NCBI GenBank assembly: GCA_965279525.1
Contig: CBDIIB010000005.1
Location: forward strand, 1,504,001 to 1,568,000
DNA length: 64,000 bases
Direction: 5' to 3'
Origin: Tagaea sp.
Lineage (GTDB): Bacteria > Pseudomonadota > Alphaproteobacteria > CACIAM-22H2
Shown here: positions 37,312 through 52,789 of the stretch, in pieces
How positions within the stretch are numbered: the first letter of the stretch is position 1
Layout: each line of letters opens with the position of its first letter
Notes under the pieces: generated by a model
What the model was told of the DNA's origin: nothing
Databases searched by the model: none
Seen by the model: the letters and a program-made list of their open reading frames with translations, nothing else
Made by a program: the position numbers and the translations under genes

Positions 37312-38082
37312 TTGGTCAAGCAGAGCACGCCGTTCTTCATCCCGCTCGAAGGCAGGAAGCTGCATGCCGTGCGCATCGACGGGCCGGGCGTGCCGCCGCT
37401 CGTATTCCTGCACGAGGGCCTCGGCTCGATCGCGCAGTGGCGCGACTTTCCCGCCGCCCTGTGCGCCGCTGCCAACCGGCCCGGGATCGTCTACGAGCGT
37501 TTCGGCCACGGCCGCTCCTCGCCGCCGGCGGCGCTGCGCACGCCTTCCTACCTGCATGCCGAGGCGGCCACGCTCGTGGCGGTCCTCGACGCGCTCTCGG
37601 TCCCGAAGGCCGATCTCGTCGGCCATTCCGACGGCGGTTCGATCGCGTTGCTGGCCGGTGCCCGTGCGCCGGCACGTTTCGGGCGCATCGTCACGATGGC
37701 GGCCCACGTGATGGTCGAGGAGGTGACGCTCGCCGGCATCCGGGCCGCCCAGCTCACTTATGCCGGCACGGACCTGCGCGCGCGCCTGATGCGCTATCAC
37801 GGCGAGGGAACCGACGCGCTGTTCCGCGCGTGGGCGGATACCTGGCTGTCCGCACCCTTCCGCACCTGGAACATCGAGGCCGAGCTGCGTGCACTGACCG
37901 CCCCCGTCCTTGCCGTGCAGGGCGAAGCCGACGAATACGGCACGACCGACCAGCTCGCACGCATCAAGGCGGCGGCCGGCGGTCCGTGCGCCACATGGGC
38001 CGTGCCCAAGGCCTCGCACCACCCGCACTTGCAGGCGCGGGCCGAAGTGCTCGACCGGCTGGCGGCGTTCCTCAGGATCTAG
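37312..38082 (+). CDS. Alpha/beta hydrolase
   Basis: FLHEGLGS, GHGRS, GHSDGGS, QGEADEYG, HHPH; TTG start. Confidence 0.88.
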   Translation: MVKQSTPFFIPLEGRKLHAVRIDGPGVPPLVFLHEGLGSIAQWRDFPAALCAAANRPGIVYERFGHGRSSPPAALRTPSYLHAEAATLVAVLDALSVPKADLVGHSDGGSIALLAGARAPARFGRIVTMAAHVMVEEVTLAGIRAAQLTYAGTDLRARLMRYHGEGTDALFRAWADTWLSAPFRTWNIEAELRALTAPVLAVQGEADEYGTTDQLARIKAAAGGPCATWAVPKASHHPHLQARAEVLDRLAAFLRI

Positions 38083-38086
38083 CGGC

Positions 38087-40636
<2,550 letters not shown>

Positions 40637-40701
40637 TTTCGTCTCGTCCTTGGCGTGGCCGGAAAGCTGCCCGGAAACGGCCCCAATATGGACGCAAGAC
40701 A

Positions 40702-40718
40702 GTTAACAAGTGTTTGAC
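40702..40718. promoter_or_regulatory. CtrA-like box upstream of the kinase
   Basis: GTTAA-N7-TTGAC, one mismatch to TTAA-N7-TTAA. Confidence 0.5.
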
Positions 40719-40856
40719 GAAGCGTGGTTCCGGCCGGGATCGCCGGGCCGCGAACATATCGCGAAAATTGCGGCACCGCACTTCAACGCGCCGGGCGGGC
40801 GTGCTATCCAAGGCGCAGTGTTTTCTTTCGCATCAGGGATATAGGGGAGATCGCCC

Positions 40857-43547
<2,691 letters not shown>

Positions 43548-43565
43548 GGAACGCTCCGGACCGGA

Positions 43566-43602
43566 GAAAACCCCGCCGGGCGACCGGCGGGGTTTTTCGT
43601 TT
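43566..43602 (+). terminator. Intrinsic terminator after acnA (repeat copy 1)
   Basis: AAAACCCCGCCGG-GCGA-CCGGCGGGGTTTTT. Confidence 0.9.
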
Positions 43603-43614
43603 CGGGGTGATCCG

Positions 43615-44001
43615 ATGGTTCTGGAAATCGTACCGGTCTACGCGGCCCTGCTCGGGCTGCTCTATCTCTTCCTCACCGTGCGCGCGATCGGTGCGCGGCG
43701 CACCGGGCGCAAGGCGATCGGCCCGCTGGGCGAGGAGCGACTCGACCGGCGCGTGCGCGCGCACGCGAACTTCGCCGAGTATGCGCCGCTCGTCCTGCTG
43801 CTGCTCGCCTTCGCCGAACTGCGCGGGGCCCCGCCGGTCTTCCTGCACGCCACGTGCGCGATGCTCGCCCTCGGGCGCTGCGCGCATGCCTTCGGCGTGT
43901 CGCGCATGCCCGAGAATTTCCGCTGGCGGGTCGCCGGCATGGCCGGAACGCTGACGGCGCTGGCACTTGCAGCGCTGCTGCTGCTGGCCGGCTATCTCTG
44001 A
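43615..44001 (+). CDS. MAPEG family membrane protein
   Basis: YAALLGLL, RAHANFAEYAP, GRCAHAFG. Confidence 0.88.
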   Translation: MVLEIVPVYAALLGLLYLFLTVRAIGARRTGRKAIGPLGEERLDRRVRAHANFAEYAPLVLLLLAFAELRGAPPVFLHATCAMLALGRCAHAFGVSRMPENFRWRVAGMAGTLTALALAALLLLAGYL

Positions 44002-44002
44002 G

Positions 44003-44263
44003 CTAGAGCGTCACGCCGGGGTCCTTGGGTGCGGGCTTGGCAGCATCGTTGCGCTGCGGGTTGAGCCGGCGGATCGTGATGTTGCCGTCGGCATCCATCT
44101 CAGGCGCGGCGTATTGCGGCAGGTTGGCGATCACGCCCCGCAGCGCTTCGATCATCTTGCCGATGGCCTCGCGCGCCAGCGTTTCCGGCGGCACGGTCGT
44201 GCCTTGCGCGAAAGCCGGCGTGGCGAGGAGAAGGCCCGCAAGGGCCAGGGCCTTGATTTGCAT
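44003..44263 (-). CDS. Small secreted hypothetical protein
   Basis: GGAGG RBS, signal peptide ending AFA, conserved-looking PQYAAPEMDADGNITIRR. Confidence 0.75.
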   Translation of the reverse strand: MQIKALALAGLLLATPAFAQGTTVPPETLAREAIGKMIEALRGVIANLPQYAAPEMDADGNITIRRLNPQRNDAAKPAPKDPGVTL

Positions 44264-44316
44264 GGGAACCTCCAATTGTCTGCCGCGACAACGGACGGCC
44301 CGGTGCGATTAATCCC

Positions 44317-45600
44317 TCACGTCACCTTGGCGCGGACGTGGAACTTCGGCTCCTCGTAGGCGCGCGTCTCGATCACGTCGACGAGATTGGCGGCCGCGTC
44401 CCACACGTCGACATGGCGCAGATAGAGCGGGGCGAAGCCGAAGCGCAGGATGTCGGGCGTGCGGAAATCGCCCACGACGCGCCTTGCCACCAGCGCCTGC
44501 ACGATCGCGTAGCCGTGTTCGTGGCGGTAGCAGACCTGGCTGCCGCGGCTTTCGAATTCGCGCGGACTGGCGCGCGTCAGGCCCAGCCGGCCGGCGAGCG
44601 AGTCCACGAGGATGCGGAAGATCTCGGTCAGCGCTTCTGACTTGGCACGGATGTCGGCCATCTTCCAGGGCAGCAGCGTGTCCACGCCGCATTCCAGCGC
44701 CACCAGCGACAGGATCGGCGGCGACGAGACGATCGCGCGCGCGATCCCGTCGGCCGGGCGGTAGCCGGTCTCGAAATCGAACGGCTTGGCGTGCCCGAGC
44801 CAGCCCTGCAAAGCCGGCACGAAACTCTTCTGCAGACGTTCGGCGACATAGAGGAATGCCGGCGCACCCGGCCCGCCATTCAGATACTTGTAGCCGCAGC
44901 CCACCGCATAGTCGGCATCCGCACCGGCAAGATCGACGGGAAGTGCCCCCGCCGAGTGGGCGAGATCCCAGATCGCCAACGCGCCCTTCGCGTGTGCGGC
45001 CTTCGTCACCGCCGCCATGTCGTGGAGATCGCCCGTGCGGTAATCGACCTGCGTGAGCATCACGGCGGCCGTGTCGGCGTCGATGGCGCCGATCACGTCC
45101 TCGGCGGAATCGACCAGACGCAGCCGGTGGCCCTGCCCCAGCGTGCGGAACAGGCCTTCGGCCACGTAAAGGTCGGTCGGGAAGTTGGAGCGCTCGGAAA
45201 CCACCGTGCGCCGTTCGGGCCGTTCAGCCAGTGCTGCGGCGAGCAGCTTGTAGAGATTGAGGCTCGTCGTGTCGCACGCGACGACGGTGCCTGCGGGCGC
45301 ACCCACCAGCGTGGCGATCTTGTCGCCGATGCGGGCCGGCAACTCCATCCAGCCATGCTTGGTCCAGCCGGCGATCAGGTCCTCGCCCCATTGCGCGCGC
45401 ACCGTGTCGAACACGCGGTTCGCCGTACCGCGCGGCAGCACGCCCAGCGAGTTGCCGTCGAGATAGATGAGGCCATGCGGGATGTGGAACTGGTCGCGCG
45501 CACCGGCCAGCGGATCGCGCGAATCCATCGCCTTGGCATCGGCGCGCGTCGGGGCCGATGCGGGAAACGGCGAATGGCGGTCGAGCGAGGCGGGCGGCAT
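44317..45600 (-). CDS. kynU: Kynureninase
   Basis: IYLDGNSLG, NFPTDLY, WDLAHSAG, GCGYKYLNGGPG, RGSQ, GDFR.PD. Confidence 0.95.
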   Translation of the reverse strand: MPPASLDRHSPFPASAPTRADAKAMDSRDPLAGARDQFHIPHGLIYLDGNSLGVLPRGTANRVFDTVRAQWGEDLIAGWTKHGWMELPARIGDKIATLVGAPAGTVVACDTTSLNLYKLLAAALAERPERRTVVSERSNFPTDLYVAEGLFRTLGQGHRLRLVDSAEDVIGAIDADTAAVMLTQVDYRTGDLHDMAAVTKAAHAKGALAIWDLAHSAGALPVDLAGADADYAVGCGYKYLNGGPGAPAFLYVAERLQKSFVPALQGWLGHAKPFDFETGYRPADGIARAIVSSPPILSLVALECGVDTLLPWKMADIRAKSEALTEIFRILVDSLAGRLGLTRASPREFESRGSQVCYRHEHGYAIVQALVARRVVGDFRTPDILRFGFAPLYLRHVDVWDAAANLVDVIETRAYEEPKFHVRAKVT

Positions 45601-45640
45601 GCCCTGCAACTAGAACCGTGCCCGGCGCCAGTTTCAATGG

Positions 45641-45871
45641 TTACATGCTGGAGAAGAGCAGATAGGCAAGCGAGCCGGCGACCGCGAGCAGAAGTACGAT
45701 CATCAGTCGGTTGTTGAACCGGTCGTGTTCGGGAATCGGATTGGGTGTAAACGCCTCATCGAAAAAGAACGATAGAAATCCGGGTCTTCCCGTCGGTATT
45801 GGCGTGTCGGTCTCGCGCCCGTTCTTCGGCGGAGGCGGCATTGCGGAATTCCCGGAATCTTGAAGTCCCAT
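45641..45871 (-). CDS. 76-aa orphan with C-terminal transmembrane helix
   Basis: GGAG 6 nt before ATG 45871; fills htpG-kynU gap; LMIVLLLAVAGSLAYLLF; lower GC. Confidence 0.5.
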   Translation of the reverse strand: MGLQDSGNSAMPPPPKNGRETDTPIPTGRPGFLSFFFDEAFTPNPIPEHDRFNNRLMIVLLLAVAGSLAYLLFSSM

Positions 45872-45908
45872 TGCCATCTCCAGCCGATCCCTGATGCCCC
45901 GCGTGTAC

Positions 45909-47789
45909 TTAGCCCGCCGCGAAACCCGACGCGAGTGCCGAGGCCATGCGCTTGGCGAAGTCGGCGGGGTCTTCGAGCTTCTCGCCTTCCACGATGCGCG
46001 CCTGGTCGTAGAGCAGCTTGGCCACATCACCCACGCGCGCCTGCACGGCCGAATTGTCGCCGCCGGTCTTCACGGTCTCGACGAGGGCCCGGATGAGCGC
46101 GTGCGACGGGTTCACCTCGAGGATGCGCCTGGCCCCCGATTTGAGCTGCTTGTGCTGGCGCAGCATGCGTTCGAGATGGATGTCCATGTCGTTGTCGTCG
46201 GCGACGAGGCACACGGCACTTTCGGCCAGCCGCTCGCTCGCGCGCACGTCTTTCACCGTCTCGCCCAGTGTCAGTCGGAACAGGGCGAGCAATGGGGCGA
46301 CGTCGGGTGCGGCGTCCGCCTTGGCTTCGTCGGGCTTGGCATCCTCGGCGAACTTGCCCAGATCGGCCGATCCGCGCGTCACCGACTTGAACTTCTTGCC
46401 CTCGAACTCGTCGGTCTGCGCCACCCAGAACTCGTCGACGGGGTCGGACAGCAGCAGCACCTCGATCCCGCGCTTGGCGAAACCTTCGAGATGCGGGCTC
46501 GCGGCCACCGCCTTCGGGTCGTCGCCGGCGATGTAGTAGATCGTGTCCTGTTCCGGCTTCAGGCGCGCGACATAGTCCGCAAGGCTGACCCACGCCTTGC
46601 CCTGCGTGCTCGTGCGGAAGCGCGCGAGACCCAGCACGCGCTTGCCGTGCTCGGCATCCTCGAAGATGCCTTCCTTCATCGCCTCGCCGAAATGGTCCCA
46701 GAACGTCGCGTAGCCTTCGGCATCGTCCTTGGCGCGCTTCTCCAGTTCGCCCAGCACGCGGCCCGTGATGCCGTGGCGGATCTTCGTGATGACCGGATTG
46801 TTCTGCAGCATCTCGCGGCTGACATTGAGCGGCAGGTCCTCGGAATCCACGACGCCGCGCAGGAAGCGCAGATAGCGCGGCACCAGCCCTTCCGGTGCTT
46901 CGTTGACGAACACGCGGCGCACATAGAGCTTCACGCCGTGCCGGCGCTCGGGCGAGAAAAGATCGAACGGGCGCGATCCCGGCACGTAGAGCAGCGCCGA
47001 ATACTCGATGGTGCCTTCCGCCCGCCAGTGCAGGTTCGCCCATGGCTCGTCGAAGGCGTGCGCGATGTGGCGGTAGAACTCGGTGTGCTGCTCGGCCGTG
47101 ACCTCGCCCTTCGGGCGCATCCACAGCGCCGACGCACGGTTGAGCGTCTTGTCGCCGAGCCGGATCGGGATCGCGATATGGTCGGAATAGCGCCGGACGA
47201 TCTCGCCGAGTTTGTCCTCGTCGAGGAACTCGGCGGCGTCGTCCTTCATGTGCAGCAGGATCGTCGTGCCGCGCGCGGTCTGCTCGGCCGGAGACACCGC
47301 ATAGCTGCCCTTGCCGTCGGATTCCCAGCGCCACGCGGTGTCGGTGCCGGCCTTGCGGCTCTCGACGACAACCTTGTCAGCGACCATGAAGGCCGAATAG
47401 AAGCCCACGCCGAACTGGCCGATCAGCGGGTTGTCCTTGCGCTTGCTCTCGTCCATCGCCTTGACGAAGGCGGCGGTGCCCGAGCGCGCGATGGTGCCCA
47501 GATTGGCGACGAGTTCGTCCTTGTCCATGCCGATGCCGTTGTCGGCGATGGCGAGGGTGCGCGCTTCCTTGTCCACGGCAAGCTCGATGCGCAACTCGGA
47601 ATCATCGCCGATCAGGCCCGCATCCTGCTGGCCCAGGAAGCGCAGCTTGTCGCACGCGTCCGACGCGTTGGAGACGAGCTCGCGCAGGAACACCTGCCGC
47701 TCGCTGTAGAGCGAATGGGCGACGATCTCGAGCAGGCGGCTGACTTCCGCCTGGAAGGCGTGGGTTTCGGCTTTCGTCGTGTCTGTCAT
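45909..47789 (-). CDS. htpG: Chaperone HtpG (Hsp90)
   Basis: FLRELVSNASDA, DNGIGM, IGQFGVGFYSAF, DSEDLPLNVSRE, LEVNP.H. Confidence 0.98.
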   Translation of the reverse strand: MTDTTKAETHAFQAEVSRLLEIVAHSLYSERQVFLRELVSNASDACDKLRFLGQQDAGLIGDDSELRIELAVDKEARTLAIADNGIGMDKDELVANLGTIARSGTAAFVKAMDESKRKDNPLIGQFGVGFYSAFMVADKVVVESRKAGTDTAWRWESDGKGSYAVSPAEQTARGTTILLHMKDDAAEFLDEDKLGEIVRRYSDHIAIPIRLGDKTLNRASALWMRPKGEVTAEQHTEFYRHIAHAFDEPWANLHWRAEGTIEYSALLYVPGSRPFDLFSPERRHGVKLYVRRVFVNEAPEGLVPRYLRFLRGVVDSEDLPLNVSREMLQNNPVITKIRHGITGRVLGELEKRAKDDAEGYATFWDHFGEAMKEGIFEDAEHGKRVLGLARFRTSTQGKAWVSLADYVARLKPEQDTIYYIAGDDPKAVAASPHLEGFAKRGIEVLLLSDPVDEFWVAQTDEFEGKKFKSVTRGSADLGKFAEDAKPDEAKADAAPDVAPLLALFRLTLGETVKDVRASERLAESAVCLVADDNDMDIHLERMLRQHKQLKSGARRILEVNPSHALIRALVETVKTGGDNSAVQARVGDVAKLLYDQARIVEGEKLEDPADFAKRMASALASGFAAG

Positions 47790-47815
47790 GGTCGGCTCCG
47801 GACTATCTCGGCGCT

Positions 47816-47844
47816 ATCTAGGCGGTCGCCCGGGCCGGCGCAAG
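47816..47844 (-). promoter_or_regulatory. RpoH-type promoter of htpG
   Basis: CTTGCG-N16-CCTAGAT, close to the alphaproteobacterial RpoH consensus. Confidence 0.7.
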
Positions 47845-47851
47845 GCCGCCG

Positions 47852-48652
47852 CTACCAGGGGAAATTGAAGGGCTCGCCGAATTCGCCGATCGCGGCCGTG
47901 TGCGTGACGAGGCCCGCTTCAGGCGTCCAGTAGTGGAGCTGGAAGCCCGGCGGATCCATCTTCATCGCCGCCGGCCCGTCGGCGCGCAGGTCGAGATTGA
48001 TCTGGTGTGCGGTCGAGGGTGCGACCGACGCGATCGTGCCGGCAAAGCGCGTCTGGATCGCGCGGTGGATGTGACCGCACACGATGCGCTCGACATTCGG
48101 ATACTTGCGAACGACCGCCGCCATCGCGGGCACGTTGTTCAAGCCCGAGCGGTCCATGTGGCCGATCCCGGTCTTGAAGGGCGGGTGGTGCAGGAAGATC
48201 ATCGTCGGCCTGTCGCCACCGGCGGCCAGCGTGCGGTCGAGCCAGTCGGCGCGCGCGGCACACACCTCGCCGTGATGGTGCTTTGCGACCGTCGTGTCGT
48301 AGCCGATCAGGCGGACGGGGAAATCGTCGACCGCGTAGTGGAAGAATTCGGATGCACCGACGCGCTTTCCGCTTTCGGGGAACGCCGCCGCGAGCGTGTC
48401 GCGTGCGTCGTGGTTGCCGGGTACGACCAGCAGCGGCGCCTTCAGGGGGGCAAGGATCTCTTTCAGGATGCCGTATTCCTCGGCCGAGCCGCGCTCGACG
48501 AGGTCGCCGGTGGCGAGCACGACGTCGGGCTGCGGGTCGAGCGCGTTGAGCGCTTCGACCGCGCGTCTGAGCATCGAAACGGTGTCGACGCGGCCATAGG
48601 CGGGCTTGCCGCCCTTCTGGATGTGCAGGTCGGAGATCTGGGCGATGAGCAT
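47852..48652 (-). CDS. Metallophosphodiesterase, CpdA/GpdQ-like
   Basis: QISDLH, TGDL, PGNHD, HHPP, CGHIH. Confidence 0.92.
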   Translation of the reverse strand: MLIAQISDLHIQKGGKPAYGRVDTVSMLRRAVEALNALDPQPDVVLATGDLVERGSAEEYGILKEILAPLKAPLLVVPGNHDARDTLAAAFPESGKRVGASEFFHYAVDDFPVRLIGYDTTVAKHHHGEVCAARADWLDRTLAAGGDRPTMIFLHHPPFKTGIGHMDRSGLNNVPAMAAVVRKYPNVERIVCGHIHRAIQTRFAGTIASVAPSTAHQINLDLRADGPAAMKMDPPGFQLHYWTPEAGLVTHTAAIGEFGEPFNFPW

Positions 48653-48694
48653 GGCTTGAAATCTGCCGGAAGAGGCCCGAGAGTCAAGCGCGTC

Positions 48695-51142
48695 ATGGGC
48701 GATTCGAAGATCACCGCGGTTCTCGGGCCCACCAACACCGGCAAGACGTTCCTTGCGGTCGAACGCATGCTCGGCCACCGCACCGGGATGATCGGCTTTC
48801 CGCTGCGCCTGCTGGCGCGCGAGAACTACGAGCGCATTGCAGCCGCCAAAGGGGCGGGGCAGGTGGCGCTGGTCACGGGCGAGGAGCGCATCGTGCCGCC
48901 GCATGCGCGCTGGTTCGTGTGCACGGTCGAGGCGATGCCGATGGACCGCGAAGTGTCGTTCCTCGCCATCGACGAGATCCAGATGGTCGCCGACCGCGAG
49001 CGCGGCCATGTCTTTACCGACCGGCTCCTGCACGCGCGCGGGCGCAACGAGACGATGTTCATGGGGGCGGAGACCGCGCGCCCGCTGATCCGACGCCTGG
49101 TGCCCGACGCCGAATTCGTCGTGCGCCCGCGGCTTTCCACGCTGACCTACACGGGGCCCCGCAAGATCACGCGCCTGCCGCGCCGCTCGGCCGTCGTCGC
49201 GTTCTCGGCCGCCGAGGTCTACGAGATCGCCGAGCTTGTCCGCCGCCAGCGCGGCGGGGCGGCCCTGGTGTTCGGAGCGCTGAGCCCCCGCACGCGCAAC
49301 GCGCAGGTCGCGATGTACCAGTCGGGCGACGTCGACTACCTGATCGCGACCGACGCGATCGGCATGGGCCTCAACATGGATATCGACCATGTCGCCTTCG
49401 CCGCCACCGCCAAGTTCGACGGGCGCGGCATGCGCCGGCTCGCCCCGCAGGAACTGGGCCAGATCGCGGGCCGTGCCGGGCGCAACATGGCCAACGGCAC
49501 GTTCGGCACGACCGCCGAGATCGGCGCACTCGACAACGACGTCATCACCGCGATCGAGGAGCACCGCTTCCCGCCGCTGACGCACGCCTACTGGCGCAAT
49601 TCCGATCTCGATTTCCGGTCGCTCGACGGGCTGTTGGCGAGCCTCGACACGCGCGCACCGTCGGGCGAGCTGGTGCGCGTGCGCGATGCCGACGACCATC
49701 TCGCCCTCCAGCAGATGGCCCGCGACGGCGAGCTGCGCGAGCTTGCGCGCGGGCGCGTGGCCTTGCTGTGGGAAGTCGCGCGCATCCCCGATTTCCGCAA
49801 GCAGATGTCGGATACGCACGCGCGCCTGCTCGCGACCGTGTTCCGGCATCTGGCGGGGCCCGCCGGCCGCCTGCCCGACGAGTGGGTGGCCAAATCCATC
49901 GCAAGGCTCGACGATACCGAGGGCGACATCGACCGGCTGCTGCAGAAGATCGCGGCGATCCGCACGTGGACTTATGTTTCGCACCGCGCGGACTGGCTGG
50001 CCGACGCCGAGGCGCACCAGGCCAAGGCGCGCGGCGTGGAAGACCGGCTTTCCGACGCGCTGCACGAGCGCCTGACGCAGCGCTTCGTCGACCGGCGCAA
50101 CGCGGTCATCGTGCGCAAGCTTGCCGACGGCGAGGACCTGCTCGCCTCGGTCGCCGCCGACGGGGAGGTGCGCGTCGAAGGCGTGCATGCCGGCCGGCTC
50201 GACGGGTTCGAGTTCCGCGCCGATCCCACGCTCGACATGGGTGCACCTGCGGTCCGGGCCGCGGCAAACCGCGCGCTGCGCCGCGACATCGGCCTGCGCA
50301 CCGCGAAGCTGGCGGCCGATCCGGACGACGCGTTCGCCCTGCAGCCCGACGCGCGCATCGCCTGGCACGGCCAGCCGCTGGCACGCCTCGTCGCGGGGCC
50401 CAATGCGCTCGCCCCGGAGATCACGCTGGGGCGCAGCGACCTGCTGGAGCCCGCACACCGCCAGGCCGTGATGCGCCGTCTGGCCGACTGGCTCGACGCG
50501 TTGCTGAAGCGCCAGCTCGCCCCGCTGTTCCGCCTGAGGGAAGCCGACCTGCCGCCCGCCGCGCGCGGCCTTGCCTTCGAGATCGTCGCGGCACTGGGTG
50601 CGATTCCGGCGGCGTCGGCGACGATCGCGCTCGACACGCTCGATGCCAAGGCGCTGGGCGAGCTTGGCCGGGCGGGCGTGCGCGTGGGCACCTATGGCGC
50701 GTTCGTGCCGGCACTCAAGGATCACGCGTCGGTCAGGCTGCGCGCGTTGCTGTGGGCGGTCCATCGCGGCGTCGAGCCGGCGGTCCCGCCCACGGGGCGC
50801 ATCAGCGTGCCGCGGGGCACGCTTGCGGCGGACCTGATGGCCGCCTGCCTCTATCTGCCGGCGGGGCCGCTTTATGTGCGCGCCGACCGGCTGGAGAAGC
50901 TGGGCACCACGCTGGGTTCCGCCGCGAAGGCCGGCGCCTTCGTGCTCGATCCCGCGTGGGCGCGGCTGGTCGATTGCGAGGCAGCACTGCTGCCCGCGGT
51001 CGTCGTGGCGCTCGGCTACCGGATGCTGCGCGAGGCAGGCGATCCGCCGCGCTTCGTGCCCAAGAAGATGCGCGTGGCGCGCGGGCTGCCGGCCGACGCG
51101 GACTCGCCCTTTGCCGCCCTCGCACCCCTGGTCAAGCCTTGA
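48695..51142 (+). CDS. Suv3/MgpS-like SF2 helicase
   Basis: [54 protein letters not shown]. Confidence 0.92.
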   Translation: MGDSKITAVLGPTNTGKTFLAVERMLGHRTGMIGFPLRLLARENYERIAAAKGAGQVALVTGEERIVPPHARWFVCTVEAMPMDREVSFLAIDEIQMVADRERGHVFTDRLLHARGRNETMFMGAETARPLIRRLVPDAEFVVRPRLSTLTYTGPRKITRLPRRSAVVAFSAAEVYEIAELVRRQRGGAALVFGALSPRTRNAQVAMYQSGDVDYLIATDAIGMGLNMDIDHVAFAATAKFDGRGMRRLAPQELGQIAGRAGRNMANGTFGTTAEIGALDNDVITAIEEHRFPPLTHAYWRNSDLDFRSLDGLLASLDTRAPSGELVRVRDADDHLALQQMARDGELRELARGRVALLWEVARIPDFRKQMSDTHARLLATVFRHLAGPAGRLPDEWVAKSIARLDDTEGDIDRLLQKIAAIRTWTYVSHRADWLADAEAHQAKARGVEDRLSDALHERLTQRFVDRRNAVIVRKLADGEDLLASVAADGEVRVEGVHAGRLDGFEFRADPTLDMGAPAVRAAANRALRRDIGLRTAKLAADPDDAFALQPDARIAWHGQPLARLVAGPNALAPEITLGRSDLLEPAHRQAVMRRLADWLDALLKRQLAPLFRLREADLPPAARGLAFEIVAALGAIPAASATIALDTLDAKALGELGRAGVRVGTYGAFVPALKDHASVRLRALLWAVHRGVEPAVPPTGRISVPRGTLAADLMAACLYLPAGPLYVRADRLEKLGTTLGSAAKAGAFVLDPAWARLVDCEAALLPAVVVALGYRMLREAGDPPRFVPKKMRVARGLPADADSPFAALAPLVKP

Positions 51143-51417
51143 GCGAGGGGGCCGTCGCGCGCCTGCGCGCCGACAAGTGGCTCTGGGCCGCACGCTTCTT
51201 CCGCACGCGGGCGTTGGCGCAAGACGCCCTCGAAGCGGGCAAGGTCCGCAGTCGCGGGCGCGTGCTCGACAAGGGCGACACGCTGAAGGCCGGCGACGTG
51301 CTGACCTTCGTGGCCGGCGAGCGCCTGCGCACCGTCGAGGTGCTGGGGCTGGCCGGGAAGCGCGGCGACGCGGCTGCGGCAAAACGTCTCTACCGCGATC
51401 TCCACGATCCGGTTTGA
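51139..51417 (+). CDS. hslR: S4-domain ribosome-associated heat shock protein Hsp15
   Basis: [24 protein letters not shown]; TTGA coupling. Confidence 0.88.
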   Translation: MSEGAVARLRADKWLWAARFFRTRALAQDALEAGKVRSRGRVLDKGDTLKAGDVLTFVAGERLRTVEVLGLAGKRGDAAAAKRLYRDLHDPV

Positions 51418-51518
51418 GCCTGCCCGGTTTGTCCCTGCGTCCCGTGGGGTTGCCCGCGTTGCGGGCGTATGCTACCCGACGGACTGTTCACCGTTCCCGC
51501 TGCCGAAGAGTGCGCGCA

Positions 51519-51860
51519 ATGACCTACGTCGTCACCGAATCCTGCATCAAGTGCAAGTACACCGACTGCGTCGAGGTCTGCCCGGTCGACTGTTTCTACG
51601 AGGGCGAGAACATGCTCGTCATCAAGGCCGAGGAATGCATCGACTGCGGCGTCTGCGAGCCCGAGTGCCCGGCCGAGGCGATCGTGCCGGATACCGACCC
51701 CAAGGCGAGCAAGTGGGCGGAAATGAACAACGAGTACGCCGAAAAGTGGCCGAATCTGACCCGCAAGAAGGACGCCCCCGCCGACGCTGACGACTGGAAG
51801 GGTGTCGACGGCAAGTTCGACAAGCATTTTTCTCCCAACGGTGGGACCGGAAACCCGTAA
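51519..51860 (+). CDS. fdxA: Ferredoxin FdxA (7Fe type)
   Basis: [41 protein letters not shown]. Confidence 0.96.
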   Translation: MTYVVTESCIKCKYTDCVEVCPVDCFYEGENMLVIKAEECIDCGVCEPECPAEAIVPDTDPKASKWAEMNNEYAEKWPNLTRKKDAPADADDWKGVDGKFDKHFSPNGGTGNP

Positions 51861-52155
51861 AAGGACGCGGAGCCGTGCGAAAAACGCGCGGGTAACGCGT
51901 GCTTTTTGACCATTTTTGTGATAGCTTCTTTTTTGACGGGCTGTGGCAATTGCGCCGCATGCCGCTGAGCCCCGGAAGGGGACGCGTCGGGCCTCGTGCC
52001 CGCTTCATACCAGACCGTTTCTCCAGCTATTTCATATAGTTGGAGCAAACGGCCGCAGTGCCGGCGGGTTTTTCCAGCCCTCCGGAACGGGACTTTTTTC
52101 TGCCCGATGGACCGGGGTTTGGGTCTGGACGGGTCTTTGAAGGAGCAGGGCTTCC

Positions 52156-52680
52156 ATGACGCTACGCAAGACGACGGTGCGCGAGACGGACGATCTGGGC
52201 TTCGCGGTGGGTGACCACGTCGTGTACCCCACGCATGGCGTGGGCAAGATCACCGGCCTCGAGACGCAGGAGATCGCCGGCACCAAGCTGCGCCTGTTCG
52301 TCATCCAGTTCGACAAGGACCGCATGACCCTGCGCGTGCCGACGATGAAGGCCAAGACGTCGGGCCTGCGCCGCCTGTGCACCAAGAAGGAAATGCAGAA
52401 CGCCCTCGCCACGCTGAAGGCGCGCGCGCGCATCCGCCGCACGATGTGGAGCCGCCGCGCCCAGGAATACGAGGCGAAGATCAATTCGGGCGACCCCAAG
52501 GCGATCGCCGAAGTGGTGCGCGACCTGCACCGCAACGCCGGCCAGCCCGACCAGTCGTTCTCCGAGCGCCAGATGTACCAGGCCGCCCTCGACCGCCTCG
52601 TGCGCGAGTTCGCGGCCGTCGAGAAGATCTCGGAAGAGACCGCGACCCAGCGCCTCGAGGCGATGCTCAAGGCCGCCTGA
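52156..52680 (+). CDS. carD: CarD/CdnL RNA polymerase-binding regulator
   Basis: F.VGDHVVYPTHGVG, MWSRRAQEYEAKINSGD, SFSERQMY. Confidence 0.95.
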   Translation: MTLRKTTVRETDDLGFAVGDHVVYPTHGVGKITGLETQEIAGTKLRLFVIQFDKDRMTLRVPTMKAKTSGLRRLCTKKEMQNALATLKARARIRRTMWSRRAQEYEAKINSGDPKAIAEVVRDLHRNAGQPDQSFSERQMYQAALDRLVREFAAVEKISEETATQRLEAMLKAA

Positions 52681-52705
52681 TCCGTTCTTCACGGGTTCGA
52701 TACGC

Positions 52706-52741
52706 GAAACCCCGCCGGGCAACCGGCGGGGTTTTTCGTTT
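52706..52741 (+). terminator. Intrinsic terminator after carD (repeat copy 2)
   Basis: AAACCCCGCCGG-GCAA-CCGGCGGGGTTTTT. Confidence 0.9.
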
Positions 52742-52789
52742 TGGAGCACTCGGCCGCGATGGCAGGATGATCGCGGAGGGTGGTTGCGC

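Noticed and set aside
43608-43632. TGATCC-N15-CGTA resembling an RpoE promoter at the MAPEG gene
   Set aside because: Spacer is one base short and the motif straddles the ATG, so the transcript would lack the start codon
47852-51382. 1176-aa minus and 1080-aa plus ORFs
   Set aside because: Stop-poor shadow extensions; real genes start at 48652 (minus) and 48695 (plus)
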